In this document: positions 20,338 through 30,577 of the stretch, piece by piece
Numbering within the stretch: the stretch's first letter is position 1
How the letters are laid out: each line of letters opens with the position of its first letter
From: a virus
Length of the DNA: 64,000 bases
IMG/VR virus record: IMGVR_UViG_3300034524_000181
Span: 23,060-87,059 of that record
Strand: one strand, 5' to 3'
The notes under the pieces: model-generated
What the model saw: the letters and a program-made list of their open reading frames with translations, nothing else
Database searches by the model: none
What the model was told of the DNA's origin: nothing
Translations under genes and position numbers: made by a program

Positions 20338-20744
20338 TGTTCCTTACCTCCTTTATTATGCAACTGAACAAGAATATCTTTTAATTTTTCTGGTATTGGT
20401 AGTCCTAATCGACCAGCATTTTCTAGCATAGATACACCTTCATTGGAGCAATAGAAAAAGATGATAGCAGTCCGAAGCACGCTCCCATCTCCAATCAGAT
20501 TTGTATCAATCAAATGTCCAACTCCAACTAGAATAAAAATAAGTACTTTTTTGAATATGCCCTTAAACCCTATTTCACTTGATAGTTTCTTTTCAACAAT
20601 GGCACACATGACACCGGTGATATAATCAGCCACCATTAATGCCACTAATGCATATAAAAATCCATCAAAACCTCCTAAAAACCATCCTAAAAGTCCACCA
20701 AGTACAGTAAACGCAGTTTGTATCCAACTCCAAATTTCCTTCAT
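20334..20744 (-). CDS. Phage holin (toxin secretion/phage lysis family)
   Basis: DYITG, LSSEIGFKG, NEGVSMLEN, GLPIP. Confidence 0.9.
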   Translation of the reverse strand: MKEIWSWIQTAFTVLGGLLGWFLGGFDGFLYALVALMVADYITGVMCAIVEKKLSSEIGFKGIFKKVLIFILVGVGHLIDTNLIGDGSVLRTAIIFFYCSNEGVSMLENAGRLGLPIPEKLKDILVQLHNKGGKEQ

Positions 20745-20825
20745 TATTTTTACCTCCTTCATGATTGGTGCATATATAAAAAGAGTGTCTGCATTATCGC
20801 AAACACTCTTGGTTCAGTGTGTTAA

Positions 20826-23297
20826 TTATATTTGTTTAGGTAAGGCTTCCCATAACCTCATATCCTCCTGTCCCAGAGACCATATCGCAATCCCCCTAAG
20901 CTTCCATCGATACGCTGCCTCATTTGCCCAATAGACTAGGCTATCCACGTCTTGGTAGTAAAGAATTGAGAAGCCATCAGCATCCCCGAGAAATAGGCGT
21001 GAAATCCATACATTAATGTCCTTAGGCACAATCTTTACTGAATAGTCATTTCCACAGACCAATGATAAAAGCTCTGAGTGAAAAAAATCATAATCCATGG
21101 AAATATCCTGACTTCTTGTTGAAGCTTCCTCCACATCACTGTTAACTGTAAAAACCTGAAACTCACTATCCCATGTAACACCAGTTCTTTCTAGTCTCCC
21201 ATACTCCGTTCTAGTTCCATCTGGGAAGATTACATCAAATCTTTCATAAGGTTCATAAGTCCAGGCATCTCCTAATCTTATTAATTCACATAGAATACGT
21301 CCATCCGATTGAATTCCGGCATAACCACCTGAATAACCATCAAGCGACGCTGTGAATCGCAAAATACTACTTGCTCCAGAATAAACCCTTACAGAATTAC
21401 TACGTATCCTCATTTCAATGGTGTACATTCTTGGATTTGAGCGAAGATCTGATGATGGAGTTTTAGAAATTTCGGTTGCATAGCTTCCGATTAGAGTAGA
21501 ACCATTATATAGTTCAATACGCTGTGAATTAATATTTAAACAGCAAAAGAGTTCTCCACAAAAAATGCCAGCTCGACCACTTCCATCTGAAGGAAAAGCT
21601 AATCTCGCTCTTAAATGAACATCTGAGAAACCATTATATTTCCACGCCAACCTCCCATGTCCATCAAGCTGTGAATAAGGGCGAGTAGCTGGATCATTCT
21701 TGTTCTGCCACACCTCCCACTCTCCGCTTAATGTTGTCCAATAGCTGGATGGAAGCGGATTTTCATCTCGAAAGTCCTCATACCAAATTAGTGCTGAATC
21801 AGGCTTTCTACGAAGTACTTCCGTTGTCAATTTAAATCCCCGATCGGGCTGAACCATTAAACCGTTCACATCTTTAAACTGGCGAGGGGATAACATGAAG
21901 TCAGCCTCTCCAGCAGAAGGCTCTTCACTAAAGCTTGAACATACCCGAAATCCATAGAACTGTACTCCTGTTACTGAGGGACTAACTGTGACAGTATGAG
22001 TTCCAGCTGAAAGATATACACTCGAAGCCAAAGAGCTCCAGCAAGTTGTTCTCCAATATGGCCACCATAACCTACTCTCACTAAATACCTTATTTATTCC
22101 GTCAAGCGAAACATGGATAGTATTCTTGTCCCAAAAAGGAAAAGAAAAGCGAATAGCTACATCATAAAAACCAGCAGATTCTATTTCAAATTCGTAGGTG
22201 GCTTCACCTTCATCTCCAAGTGTAATAAATTGAGATGAAACTGATACATTACCAAAATAATTATCAGGTGTTCCACCACTACGGTCTATAAAGATTGTGC
22301 CAAATTCAGTTTTTTGTTGCTTACTATAGGCGGTCAAATATCTGCGACGACTATAGGATTCCTCAAGTAATGGGTATGTTCTTGAAACAGCATCCCAGCC
22401 TTCCATGTAGTCATACACATGTGGTAACGCCCAAGGAACCTTATCATAATCATCCCAATACGCAATGATTGGAATCATTGGTTGAGGTGGCCCGTCATCA
22501 GTAAAGTTATATCCTCCTGTCATCCAAAGCTTTGCTGCATAATAAGTGTTTGAAATCCCACGATATGTTATTCCAAGGTTCTCTGGTGTATCATGTATCC
22601 TCCAGTTCCAGCCATAGGCGGGCAATCCCAAAAATATTTTTTCAGGATTCATAACCCGAACAGCATAATCATAAATACCTTCCAACCAATCCCTCGGAGA
22701 AACCGGTCCCGGAGCAGAACCAGCCCATGCCATGCCATAACTCATAATCGCTGCCGTATCACAGTACGGATTTAAGTCTTCATAGACACACCAATTTTCG
22801 CCACCAACCGAGCCTTGTACTCCCGTCATTCCTGGTAAACAAATATTAACGAGTTTAGAAGAATCATAGGCTTTGACAGTATTATATATGTCACGAAATA
22901 GGGCATTGGCAGCATCCTTGTTCTCGTAGCCACCTCCACGTTCCAAGTCTATATCAACCCCTGCACACCATGGATACTTTTCCATAATGCGAATGATCTC
23001 AGTAAGAAATTTATCCTTCGCACCACTGGTATTATTTCTAAGGGCAGTAAAAATAGAAGCTGTACCATGATTCATAATAGTCAGTAGCCATTTGATATGA
23101 GGCCAACGGTTAATATAGGTAAGCATACTGGATATGCTTGTTCCTGTTTCTGTTATTGTCCCGGTGATATCCACTTCAAAAGTAAAAATACCCACCGTAT
23201 CAATTCGATCACCATAGTCTCGTAATGCTTGATACATGCGGGTATTCCCCATGAAACTCCAGACCATACAACGCTTACCTTTTAAATAGTCAATCAA
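20826..23297 (-). CDS. Tail-associated glycoside hydrolase family 18 protein
   Basis: GVDIDLE catalytic motif, MSYG, KIFLGLPAYG, C-terminal GIAIWSLGQED. Confidence 0.85.
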   Translation of the reverse strand: MIDYLKGKRCMVWSFMGNTRMYQALRDYGDRIDTVGIFTFEVDITGTITETGTSISSMLTYINRWPHIKWLLTIMNHGTASIFTALRNNTSGAKDKFLTEIIRIMEKYPWCAGVDIDLERGGGYENKDAANALFRDIYNTVKAYDSSKLVNICLPGMTGVQGSVGGENWCVYEDLNPYCDTAAIMSYGMAWAGSAPGPVSPRDWLEGIYDYAVRVMNPEKIFLGLPAYGWNWRIHDTPENLGITYRGISNTYYAAKLWMTGGYNFTDDGPPQPMIPIIAYWDDYDKVPWALPHVYDYMEGWDAVSRTYPLLEESYSRRRYLTAYSKQQKTEFGTIFIDRSGGTPDNYFGNVSVSSQFITLGDEGEATYEFEIESAGFYDVAIRFSFPFWDKNTIHVSLDGINKVFSESRLWWPYWRTTCWSSLASSVYLSAGTHTVTVSPSVTGVQFYGFRVCSSFSEEPSAGEADFMLSPRQFKDVNGLMVQPDRGFKLTTEVLRRKPDSALIWYEDFRDENPLPSSYWTTLSGEWEVWQNKNDPATRPYSQLDGHGRLAWKYNGFSDVHLRARLAFPSDGSGRAGIFCGELFCCLNINSQRIELYNGSTLIGSYATEISKTPSSDLRSNPRMYTIEMRIRSNSVRVYSGASSILRFTASLDGYSGGYAGIQSDGRILCELIRLGDAWTYEPYERFDVIFPDGTRTEYGRLERTGVTWDSEFQVFTVNSDVEEASTRSQDISMDYDFFHSELLSLVCGNDYSVKIVPKDINVWISRLFLGDADGFSILYYQDVDSLVYWANEAAYRWKLRGIAIWSLGQEDMRLWEALPKQI

Positions 23298-23875
23298 AGG
23301 CGCTCACTTCCTTCCTGCATTTCTTGAAACTCAAATAATACCCGGGCTGATTTTCTGTCTTCTAGCTTTATCACATGTTTGCTATCACCGGATGCTGTAT
23401 ATTGAAAAAAACCTTCCTTATCAGTTGGGTTTCCGTTCTTTAAACACTGCCTAGTTGATGCTAGTAGCGAAAAGGTATCACCTGGACTAACTGCCTCATT
23501 AAATATCACCTTGTGCACCCCTGCTCCTTGAGACAATTGGATACTGCCTGCAGCCATATTTTGGTTTGGATAAATATGACAGTCAAGGCCAGCGGAAGTT
23601 GAACCCAGATTGAAGAGAATAATCGTCTCTCCGCTTCGAACTACTCCATTATAAAAGCGAACAGGAACAATTGTCTCATTCTCTCGATATTTTTGCAGCA
23701 TGCTCTCTGTGTTAGTTGTATAACCAGTAAGGTGATTTCCTTCCTGTGCTTGAATATCAGTAAAATATACCGTACCTGTACAATCTTCAAGAAGTAAATT
23801 CACTGTTACGCTTACTACTCGTTTATCCTCTTTACAATGAATCGTCTCGGTAAATCTGGTAAATGCAACTGACAT
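23294..23875 (-). CDS. Putative tail protein
   Basis: 193 aa in the tail module; N-terminus paralogous to 23885-24079. Confidence 0.7.
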   Translation of the reverse strand: MSVAFTRFTETIHCKEDKRVVSVTVNLLLEDCTGTVYFTDIQAQEGNHLTGYTTNTESMLQKYRENETIVPVRFYNGVVRSGETIILFNLGSTSAGLDCHIYPNQNMAAGSIQLSQGAGVHKVIFNEAVSPGDTFSLLASTRQCLKNGNPTDKEGFFQYTASGDSKHVIKLEDRKSARVLFEFQEMQEGSERL

Positions 23876-23884
23876 TTACACCAC

Positions 23885-24079
23885 CTACCCATCCAGCGTC
23901 CATTGTATTTCTGACACATGACCAACCCAGCCCGTAGCAACAGAGCCACCTTGCAAAAGCATATCCGTAAAGAATACCTCACCAGTACAATCAGTAATGA
24001 AAAGACGGATGGTAAGCGACTTTATCTTGCCAAAACCTCTCGGTGTAATAGCATGAGCTGTCTGTGAAAAATAAGCCAT
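23885..24079 (-). CDS. Small putative tail protein
   Basis: 64 aa with GGAGG RBS; DCTGEVFFTD motif shared with the next gene. Confidence 0.65.
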   Translation of the reverse strand: MAYFSQTAHAITPRGFGKIKSLTIRLFITDCTGEVFFTDMLLQGGSVATGWVGHVSEIQWTLDG

Positions 24080-24094
24080 ATCGCTACCTCCTTC

Positions 24095-26617
24095 CTAATA
24101 GAGATCAATAAACCTAGTTTCTGTCGAACCGTCCTCATATTCAATGACAACTTCAATTCCAACTTTTCCGTTTGGCCCTTTCTGTAGATTTTCCGATGCA
24201 ATCTGCGCTGAAAATGTGTAACTCTTTCTACTAGCAGGATACACAGTCTGTGATAGACTTTTTGTCATTCCTAAAACTCCCTCAGCTTTAAAAGAAGCTG
24301 ATCCTGATACCCCATTATTAGGGTCCACTGTAAAACCTGAACTTAACCAATAGGTTAACCCGTCATCAGCTCGTGAATTTCTTAGATGATTAAAAGGAAC
24401 TAAGTCTTTTACTTCCTGACGGTCAAGAACATCAGCTGAAGATAAAATATCAGCAGCTTTATCCCAAACAGCAGATGAATCCCCCAGTTCTCTTAACGTT
24501 GTTGATAGCTCCAGCACTGTTTTCCATGGTTCTTGGAGATTATATTGTCTGCGTACCACACGAGTTTTGACAGATAAATTCAAATCTCTATCATCCACAG
24601 TTACTATATCACCTAGTTTCCATGCCTCATGCTCATATCCTGTCAACACTGATAAGTCCATTGCAGAGAGAACATATGAGATTCGTGGCTTCGCATACTG
24701 AGCTAAGCGCATATTAGCGAACTCAAGCAGCTGATAAGGGTTGCTGATTGATGAAGCATCCAGCGTTCCTACTCTAACTTCTGATGAATAGCTATAATCC
24801 TCAACATACTCTTTATTACCATTGATAGAAGCAAATGTTATACCATCTTTTCCATAAGCATAAAGGCGAGTGATTAGACTTCTAGTATCCACTACGCGCT
24901 GTATACTTTTCATGTTCTTTCTATAGCAAAATAATGCCCCACTATCAGTACCTCCAAATGTCAAGAGATGTACCAAACGATTGGCACTATCGAAAATCAA
25001 GTCGCCTCCATGAATATTCTGTATTGTTCGTAGGATAGCTAATGCATTCTTTTCTGTTGATTGCCATGTACGTTTAGTATTTACAGTTACGTTTCCTAAT
25101 GACCAGCCAGTATTAAGTAAGGCATAGCGCATAGGGACTTCTGGTGTCTCTGCAACAAATTCCATGGGTTCTTTTTCAGCACTAAAAGAAAGATCATAAA
25201 ATGCTGCTTCCGCATATACTTGAGTTACAACTCTTCCATCGGAGCTTTTCTCATCTGTTATAGTTCGAATACGATAAACATCATTAACAATCTGCACCTG
25301 TTTTTCATTGTCTAATGTCTCTCGCTTGGAATCATGAAATGGCAGTTTAAACTCCAGAATATCAGCGCCATTTACTTCACTTGTTACTACAATATCAAAG
25401 GCATTTTCTAACACTGCTTCCCAAGCCCCGTTAGTATCCAACACAACTGGTCTTGCAAATCCAAGTCTCTCATAAGGAGGTTTTGGTATATCATGTAGTT
25501 GTATTTCAAGAAGTTTAGGAGTTCTACTGGTGTCTTGAGTAGATAATGTAATTCGATAACGAATATATTCTCTGTTTGGAGATTGTAATTCCCCACTTGT
25601 TCCAATAGCCTGCCATTCAGTCCAACTAGACAAATCATCTGATGTAGAAGTTTCAACTAAGCTTATCGATGTTATACCTGCAATGTATTCACTTGTAACT
25701 GATACTCTACCCGTTCCAGAAAGCCCACAGGCAGCTGCTATCGAATAAAACTGGCCACTTTGTGCATAGACTCCGCTTGTTGCTTTTAGTATGACAGAAC
25801 CAGGGTCCACAAGAGCATCAACATCAGCAGTGCTGTCTCCACCGTTTGCCAAAATTGAAGATTTAAAATAGAAAATAAGATCCTCCATGGTAAGCGAAGA
25901 ATCTTTTTCATAGAACCAGTCATCAAATCCTCCTGCGTAATAATAGGTATTTGCATGCATCCCCATCACAATGTCCGCAACACAGGATTGATTTAAGTCT
26001 CCCGTGAATGTTCGAACTGGAGATTGCCAGACAGCCCCATCACTTCGATCGCAAAGTAAGTTCTGTACCCTTTTGCTGTTTACCTCAATGATTGATGCAA
26101 TAAAGTACCACCCGTTATTCTTTAGGGGAATAGTAGGTGTTTCTGTCTGGTCATATATCAGGGAGCCGGAAGAATTATACAGCATTAATCGCAACCTTCC
26201 CTGAAATAAAGAAACATAAAAAATTGGTTGGCCAGGGCCTTGTCTAGTATTGAAAATCGGGATATACGTCTGCCCCACAGAATAAGTAGTTGGGTTTATC
26301 CATCCACCAACAACAATCTTTTCACCTAAATCACTAAAAAAGCTACCATCATTGGTAGCCACTAAATGCGTCTTTTCACTTGTTGGATTAATGATATTCT
26401 GCCTAAAATATCTTCCTAATCTACCAGATGATAAGTTGGCTGATGTGCCTGACCATCCGGATACAAAGAAGTTTCTGTTATGACCAGAATCATCTGCAAG
26501 CATGTTATTGCTATCTGGTGTAGCTTCATTAAATCGCCAAAGAGCAACTGTCTTCTCGCTTACAGGAAACTCACCTGTAAAATCTGTCTGTGATGTTAAG
26601 ATTGATTTAATTGCCAC
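24095..26617 (-). CDS. Tail spike/Tal-like protein (LamG-like + prophage endopeptidase domain)
   Basis: ALWRFNE LamG-like start; ITRLYAYGKDG, LGDIVTV; follows Dit. Confidence 0.8.
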   Translation of the reverse strand: MAIKSILTSQTDFTGEFPVSEKTVALWRFNEATPDSNNMLADDSGHNRNFFVSGWSGTSANLSSGRLGRYFRQNIINPTSEKTHLVATNDGSFFSDLGEKIVVGGWINPTTYSVGQTYIPIFNTRQGPGQPIFYVSLFQGRLRLMLYNSSGSLIYDQTETPTIPLKNNGWYFIASIIEVNSKRVQNLLCDRSDGAVWQSPVRTFTGDLNQSCVADIVMGMHANTYYYAGGFDDWFYEKDSSLTMEDLIFYFKSSILANGGDSTADVDALVDPGSVILKATSGVYAQSGQFYSIAAACGLSGTGRVSVTSEYIAGITSISLVETSTSDDLSSWTEWQAIGTSGELQSPNREYIRYRITLSTQDTSRTPKLLEIQLHDIPKPPYERLGFARPVVLDTNGAWEAVLENAFDIVVTSEVNGADILEFKLPFHDSKRETLDNEKQVQIVNDVYRIRTITDEKSSDGRVVTQVYAEAAFYDLSFSAEKEPMEFVAETPEVPMRYALLNTGWSLGNVTVNTKRTWQSTEKNALAILRTIQNIHGGDLIFDSANRLVHLLTFGGTDSGALFCYRKNMKSIQRVVDTRSLITRLYAYGKDGITFASINGNKEYVEDYSYSSEVRVGTLDASSISNPYQLLEFANMRLAQYAKPRISYVLSAMDLSVLTGYEHEAWKLGDIVTVDDRDLNLSVKTRVVRRQYNLQEPWKTVLELSTTLRELGDSSAVWDKAADILSSADVLDRQEVKDLVPFNHLRNSRADDGLTYWLSSGFTVDPNNGVSGSASFKAEGVLGMTKSLSQTVYPASRKSYTFSAQIASENLQKGPNGKVGIEVVIEYEDGSTETRFIDLY

Positions 26618-26621
26618 AAGC

Positions 26622-27395
26622 TCACCTCCATCTGCTTTTAGCCATAATCTTCAGCTCCGAAAAAGTTGCTCCCGCCACTGAAACTGTTATTTCATTTTCA
26701 CCTTTGTGCAGTATAGGAAAGTTAAGCTCATCCAAGCCTGCAAGCCCATTTCTAAGTGTATTTCCGTTTGCATCGGTAATTTTTGCAGTTACTAATCCAC
26801 TATCAATGACAAGCACTTCATCTGCTGCCAAAGCCCCAAATACTCGTAGTTCTTCGCCATTTGTCGTAATAGAAATGTAGGTGGATGATGAGCTGCTGAT
26901 TATCCCCTTAAGTTGATAAACCGGTTCTGAATCCGCATTCCCAGTTAACCTTTTAATTTCATGAGCACCAACACTGGAAATCGTAAATTGTTCATCTATC
27001 AGTGCATAGGCGTGTGGATCTGGACAAATAAATTTTAATTCAAAGGCTCCAGCAGTTCTAAGTAATCTCTCACAATCTACTTGTTCAGTAAGCCGAGCAT
27101 AAAAGTATCGATCGGGAATATCCTCTAATACAAGCTGCTTGAGACCATTCATTGGATTAAGCCATTCTGCAATAGAGTCTAAAACGCTCACTAAATCTGC
27201 AAAACTCTTTTGAGGATATACATTACAGCTGATTGTTATGATCCGCTCTGAACTATCACAACCAAAATCTGCAACTCCCGCCTTTCCTGGAACAACCTCA
27301 TACGAATTTCGTAGAGCGGGCGATGCCTGCCACCTTGTAAGTTTTGCTTTTATCTTCATATTTTTTGAATTGATACCATTATAAACGAAGCCCAT
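26622..27395 (-). CDS. Distal tail protein (Dit)
   Basis: GFVYNGINS...FICPDPHAY...FPILHKGENEI. Confidence 0.8.
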   Translation of the reverse strand: MGFVYNGINSKNMKIKAKLTRWQASPALRNSYEVVPGKAGVADFGCDSSERIITISCNVYPQKSFADLVSVLDSIAEWLNPMNGLKQLVLEDIPDRYFYARLTEQVDCERLLRTAGAFELKFICPDPHAYALIDEQFTISSVGAHEIKRLTGNADSEPVYQLKGIISSSSSTYISITTNGEELRVFGALAADEVLVIDSGLVTAKITDANGNTLRNGLAGLDELNFPILHKGENEITVSVAGATFSELKIMAKSRWR

Positions 27396-27408
27396 ACATC
27401 GCCCTCCT

Positions 27409-29967
27409 TTATGCAGTTATAAATCTTCCTTGAGCTCGTGATCCTGTTTGCATTAAATTATATAGCTCCTGTGAAATCTTCCGAATGTCGTCCTCACTTC
27501 GAACAATCATCTGCTGTATCGTAATTAATGAACCTTCAAAAGTTCCATAGCTGCTACTAATGCCAGCTCCATTCATATTCAGATTGGAGTTGATGTCAAA
27601 ATCAGTAGGGATAGCATTTTGCATATCCTTACTAACACTATTCATTGCTTTTTCAAAACCAACACCAATACCCTCTCCAAGGTTTTCGCCTATACCAGCA
27701 AATAATGTAGATGGTGAATGAATGCCAAAGAAATTTTTTATTTTATCGACAACACCACCAAAAAAGCCTGAAATTTTATCCCAAAGCCAGGCTCCAGCAT
27801 CTGAGATACCCTGCCATAATCCTTTGATCAAATTGGTTCCAACCTGAGCCATTTGCCAAATTGAGCCTGTAAACCCTTTAACCAGTGCTGTAATAATTTG
27901 AGGTACAGCTTTTACAACCTCTACAATAATCGTTGGAAGGTTCTTAATCAGTGAAACTAACAGCATGATTCCCGCCTGAATAATCTGAGGTATGCTGCCA
28001 ATAATAGCATTCACAAGAGAGGACACAATCTTTGGTATAGCAGTAATAACAGTCGAAATGATCTGTGGAAGATTTTGAACCAGTGCTACTAACAATTGCA
28101 CTCCGGCATCAATAAACTGCGGAATTGAGCCCAAAATCGCTGTTATTAGCCCGTCGACAATTTGCGGAATTGCTTCTACAATTACTGTGATGATTTCTGG
28201 TAAAGCTGAAATTAAAGATGTTAGAAGTTGAATACCCGCTTCGATTATTTGAGGTATTGCACCAATAATAAAATCTACTATCCCAGTAATAATGACCGGC
28301 AATGCTGCAATCAACACTGGAAGAGCATCCAAAATACCCTGAGTTAGTCCAAGTACAAGCTGAAGTGCCGCCTCTAGGATCATTGGTAGGTTATCCAAAA
28401 GTGCCTGCACAATTTGTATCACTGCTGATACCGCAGCCGGAATTAACTGTGGCAGTGCTTCTGCAATTCCACTGACAATAGTTCCGATCATTTGTACTCC
28501 TGCCGTAACAAGTGCTGGTAAAGTTTCAATGATTCCATTGACTAATGTCATCAGTAGTATGACAGCCGCCTCTGTTATCTTCGGTAATGCAGAGGTAAGT
28601 CCTTGAACTAGAGAAATAATTATTTGAGAAGCAATATCCACTACAATTGGCAACTGCTCAGAAATAAATTGAACTGCTTCTTCTAAGATTCCACCAAAAG
28701 CATCAATTAAGCCTTGAACACCATCTTTCTCAAAGGCTTGAGATAATTCATCAATCCAACCATTAACCATCGGAAGAACAGTTCCAGAAAGCATGGTTGT
28801 TAACCCTTCAGCAAGCTGCCCCTTTAACGAAGCAACTCCATCCTCAAGAGTTGCCATTTGCCCAGAAAAAGTTTTGGATTGTGCTTCCATTGAACCATAG
28901 AAACGCCCACCTTCTGATGTTGCTGATGCAAATGCCTCCGCAACCATGTCTGCTGAAATTGCCCCTTTTGACATTTCCTCCTTGAGTTCACCGATGGATT
29001 TTCCGGTCTTACGTGAAATTTCCTCTAATGGGTTAAAGCCTGCATTAATCATTTGCATTAGGTCTTGCCCTGTTAACTTACCGGTTGAGGACATCTGTGC
29101 AAATGCTAAAGTTAAACTTTTGAATTTTTCGGCATCCCCCTGAGATATATCACCCAACTGTTTCATTCTTATTTGAGCTTCTTCTGCAGACATTCCAAAG
29201 CTCATAAGAGTTTGGGCTGATTGAGCAAGATCTTGCATTCCAAATGGAGTAGCCGCTGCTTCCTTTTTCAGATCATTCACTAACTTTTGTGCTTTTGCCT
29301 CATCGCCCAGCATGGTAGTAAACGATGCAGTATAACTTTCCATTTGAGCGTTGTATTCAACGCCATCCTTCATCGCACCCACAAATGCTTTTCCTATTCC
29401 CGCAATAGCCGAGCCTAATGCTTTTACTCCACCGATTATGGCATCTGATAGCAGATTTGCTTTAAGTACATCTCCCAAAACAGAGGTTTTCTTAGTGGCA
29501 TCATCCATTTCATTGCCAACATCATCAACATTATCAGCAAGTTCATCGGCTGCATCAGCAGCATCTTCCATGTTGTCAGCACTTTCATCTGTAGCATCGG
29601 AATGATCACGCAAACTCTTATTGTTATTTTCAAGTTCTCGTTCCATGCCATTGAGCTCAGCCAAAGCTTTATTTAATTGAATCTGCCAATTTTGAGTTCT
29701 ACGATCATTTTCTCCGAAAGAAGTGGAGGCATTATCTAGTGCAGATCGTAGTGTCTCTATCTTTTCTTTTTGTGCATCGATCGTTTTTTCTAATATTTCA
29801 TTACGCGCTGTTAAGGCTTGGATGGACTTATCATTTTTATCAAACTGGGAGCTGATTAGAGCCATCTCACTACCTAAGACTTTAAATGCCTGGTTAATAT
29901 CACGAAGTGCATTTTTAAATTCCTTTTCGCCTTCCACTCCGATTTTTAAACCGAAATTATCTGCCAA
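27409..29967 (-). CDS. Tape measure protein
   Basis: TTG start with AGGAGGAGG RBS; TPF tape-measure motif; amphipathic repeats; FGIHSPS. Confidence 0.92.
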   Translation of the reverse strand: MADNFGLKIGVEGEKEFKNALRDINQAFKVLGSEMALISSQFDKNDKSIQALTARNEILEKTIDAQKEKIETLRSALDNASTSFGENDRRTQNWQIQLNKALAELNGMERELENNNKSLRDHSDATDESADNMEDAADAADELADNVDDVGNEMDDATKKTSVLGDVLKANLLSDAIIGGVKALGSAIAGIGKAFVGAMKDGVEYNAQMESYTASFTTMLGDEAKAQKLVNDLKKEAAATPFGMQDLAQSAQTLMSFGMSAEEAQIRMKQLGDISQGDAEKFKSLTLAFAQMSSTGKLTGQDLMQMINAGFNPLEEISRKTGKSIGELKEEMSKGAISADMVAEAFASATSEGGRFYGSMEAQSKTFSGQMATLEDGVASLKGQLAEGLTTMLSGTVLPMVNGWIDELSQAFEKDGVQGLIDAFGGILEEAVQFISEQLPIVVDIASQIIISLVQGLTSALPKITEAAVILLMTLVNGIIETLPALVTAGVQMIGTIVSGIAEALPQLIPAAVSAVIQIVQALLDNLPMILEAALQLVLGLTQGILDALPVLIAALPVIITGIVDFIIGAIPQIIEAGIQLLTSLISALPEIITVIVEAIPQIVDGLITAILGSIPQFIDAGVQLLVALVQNLPQIISTVITAIPKIVSSLVNAIIGSIPQIIQAGIMLLVSLIKNLPTIIVEVVKAVPQIITALVKGFTGSIWQMAQVGTNLIKGLWQGISDAGAWLWDKISGFFGGVVDKIKNFFGIHSPSTLFAGIGENLGEGIGVGFEKAMNSVSKDMQNAIPTDFDINSNLNMNGAGISSSYGTFEGSLITIQQMIVRSEDDIRKISQELYNLMQTGSRAQGRFITA

Positions 29968-29993
29968 GATTACCTCCTCCTTTCGTTGAAAAA

Positions 29994-30203
29994 TCAAATC
30001 CCATAAGGAATAATGTCATCGATATAAAGTTCCCGCTTCGGTTTTGACATCCCAAGGAACTGCTTATGACACTCCCATAAATCCATAAGCAAGCCAATAG
30101 GTGTAAGCCATGTTTCCTCTTCAGTGCGATTTAAATGAACAGTTCCGTAATATAAAAGCCGGGTAAAGAGTTCATTCTCATTTACCCGGTTTGCACGTTT
30201 TTT
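29994..30203 (-). CDS. Tail assembly chaperone extension (gpT-like), expressed by -1 frameshift
   Basis: A AAA AAC slippery site at 30197-30203; -1 frame open as RANRVNENELFTRLLYYG...DDIIPYGI*. Confidence 0.7.
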   Translation of the reverse strand, partial: KKRANRVNENELFTRLLYYGTVHLNRTEEETWLTPIGLLMDLWECHKQFLGMSKPKRELYIDDIIPYGI

Positions 30204-30565
30204 GAGTCATCTTCAGACTCAATATTCCTTTTTGTTCCCTTGAACATAGCTTCTGTTAGAGCACTCTTATATGTCGCTAGTTCCAAAGGAGAAGTAAGAA
30301 GCTCAACTTCTTCTTGAGTAAGAAGCGGCTTTTTGTTATCTGGATTTCGCAGGTTATGAATGAGCAGGCTCTGATTGGCCATTAAAGTTATCAGCCAGAC
30401 TATTTCATCCAGTGCCATTTCGAAGTTCTCAGACTTCATCAATTTTTCACCCAAATTTTCAAGGCCACCATATCTACCCGCAATTTCTTTCGTGGCTTTA
30501 GTAGTAAGAATAAGTTCATACTCCTGCCCGCCAATATTAATCATTGCACTTCGTTCTTTATCCAT
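30182..30565 (-). CDS. Tail assembly chaperone (gpG-like)
   Basis: Position between major tail and tape measure genes; ends ...SKNVQTG. Confidence 0.8.
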   Translation of the reverse strand: MDKERSAMINIGGQEYELILTTKATKEIAGRYGGLENLGEKLMKSENFEMALDEIVWLITLMANQSLLIHNLRNPDNKKPLLTQEEVELLTSPLELATYKSALTEAMFKGTKRNIESEDDSKNVQTG

Positions 30566-30577
30566 TTCAATTCCCCC

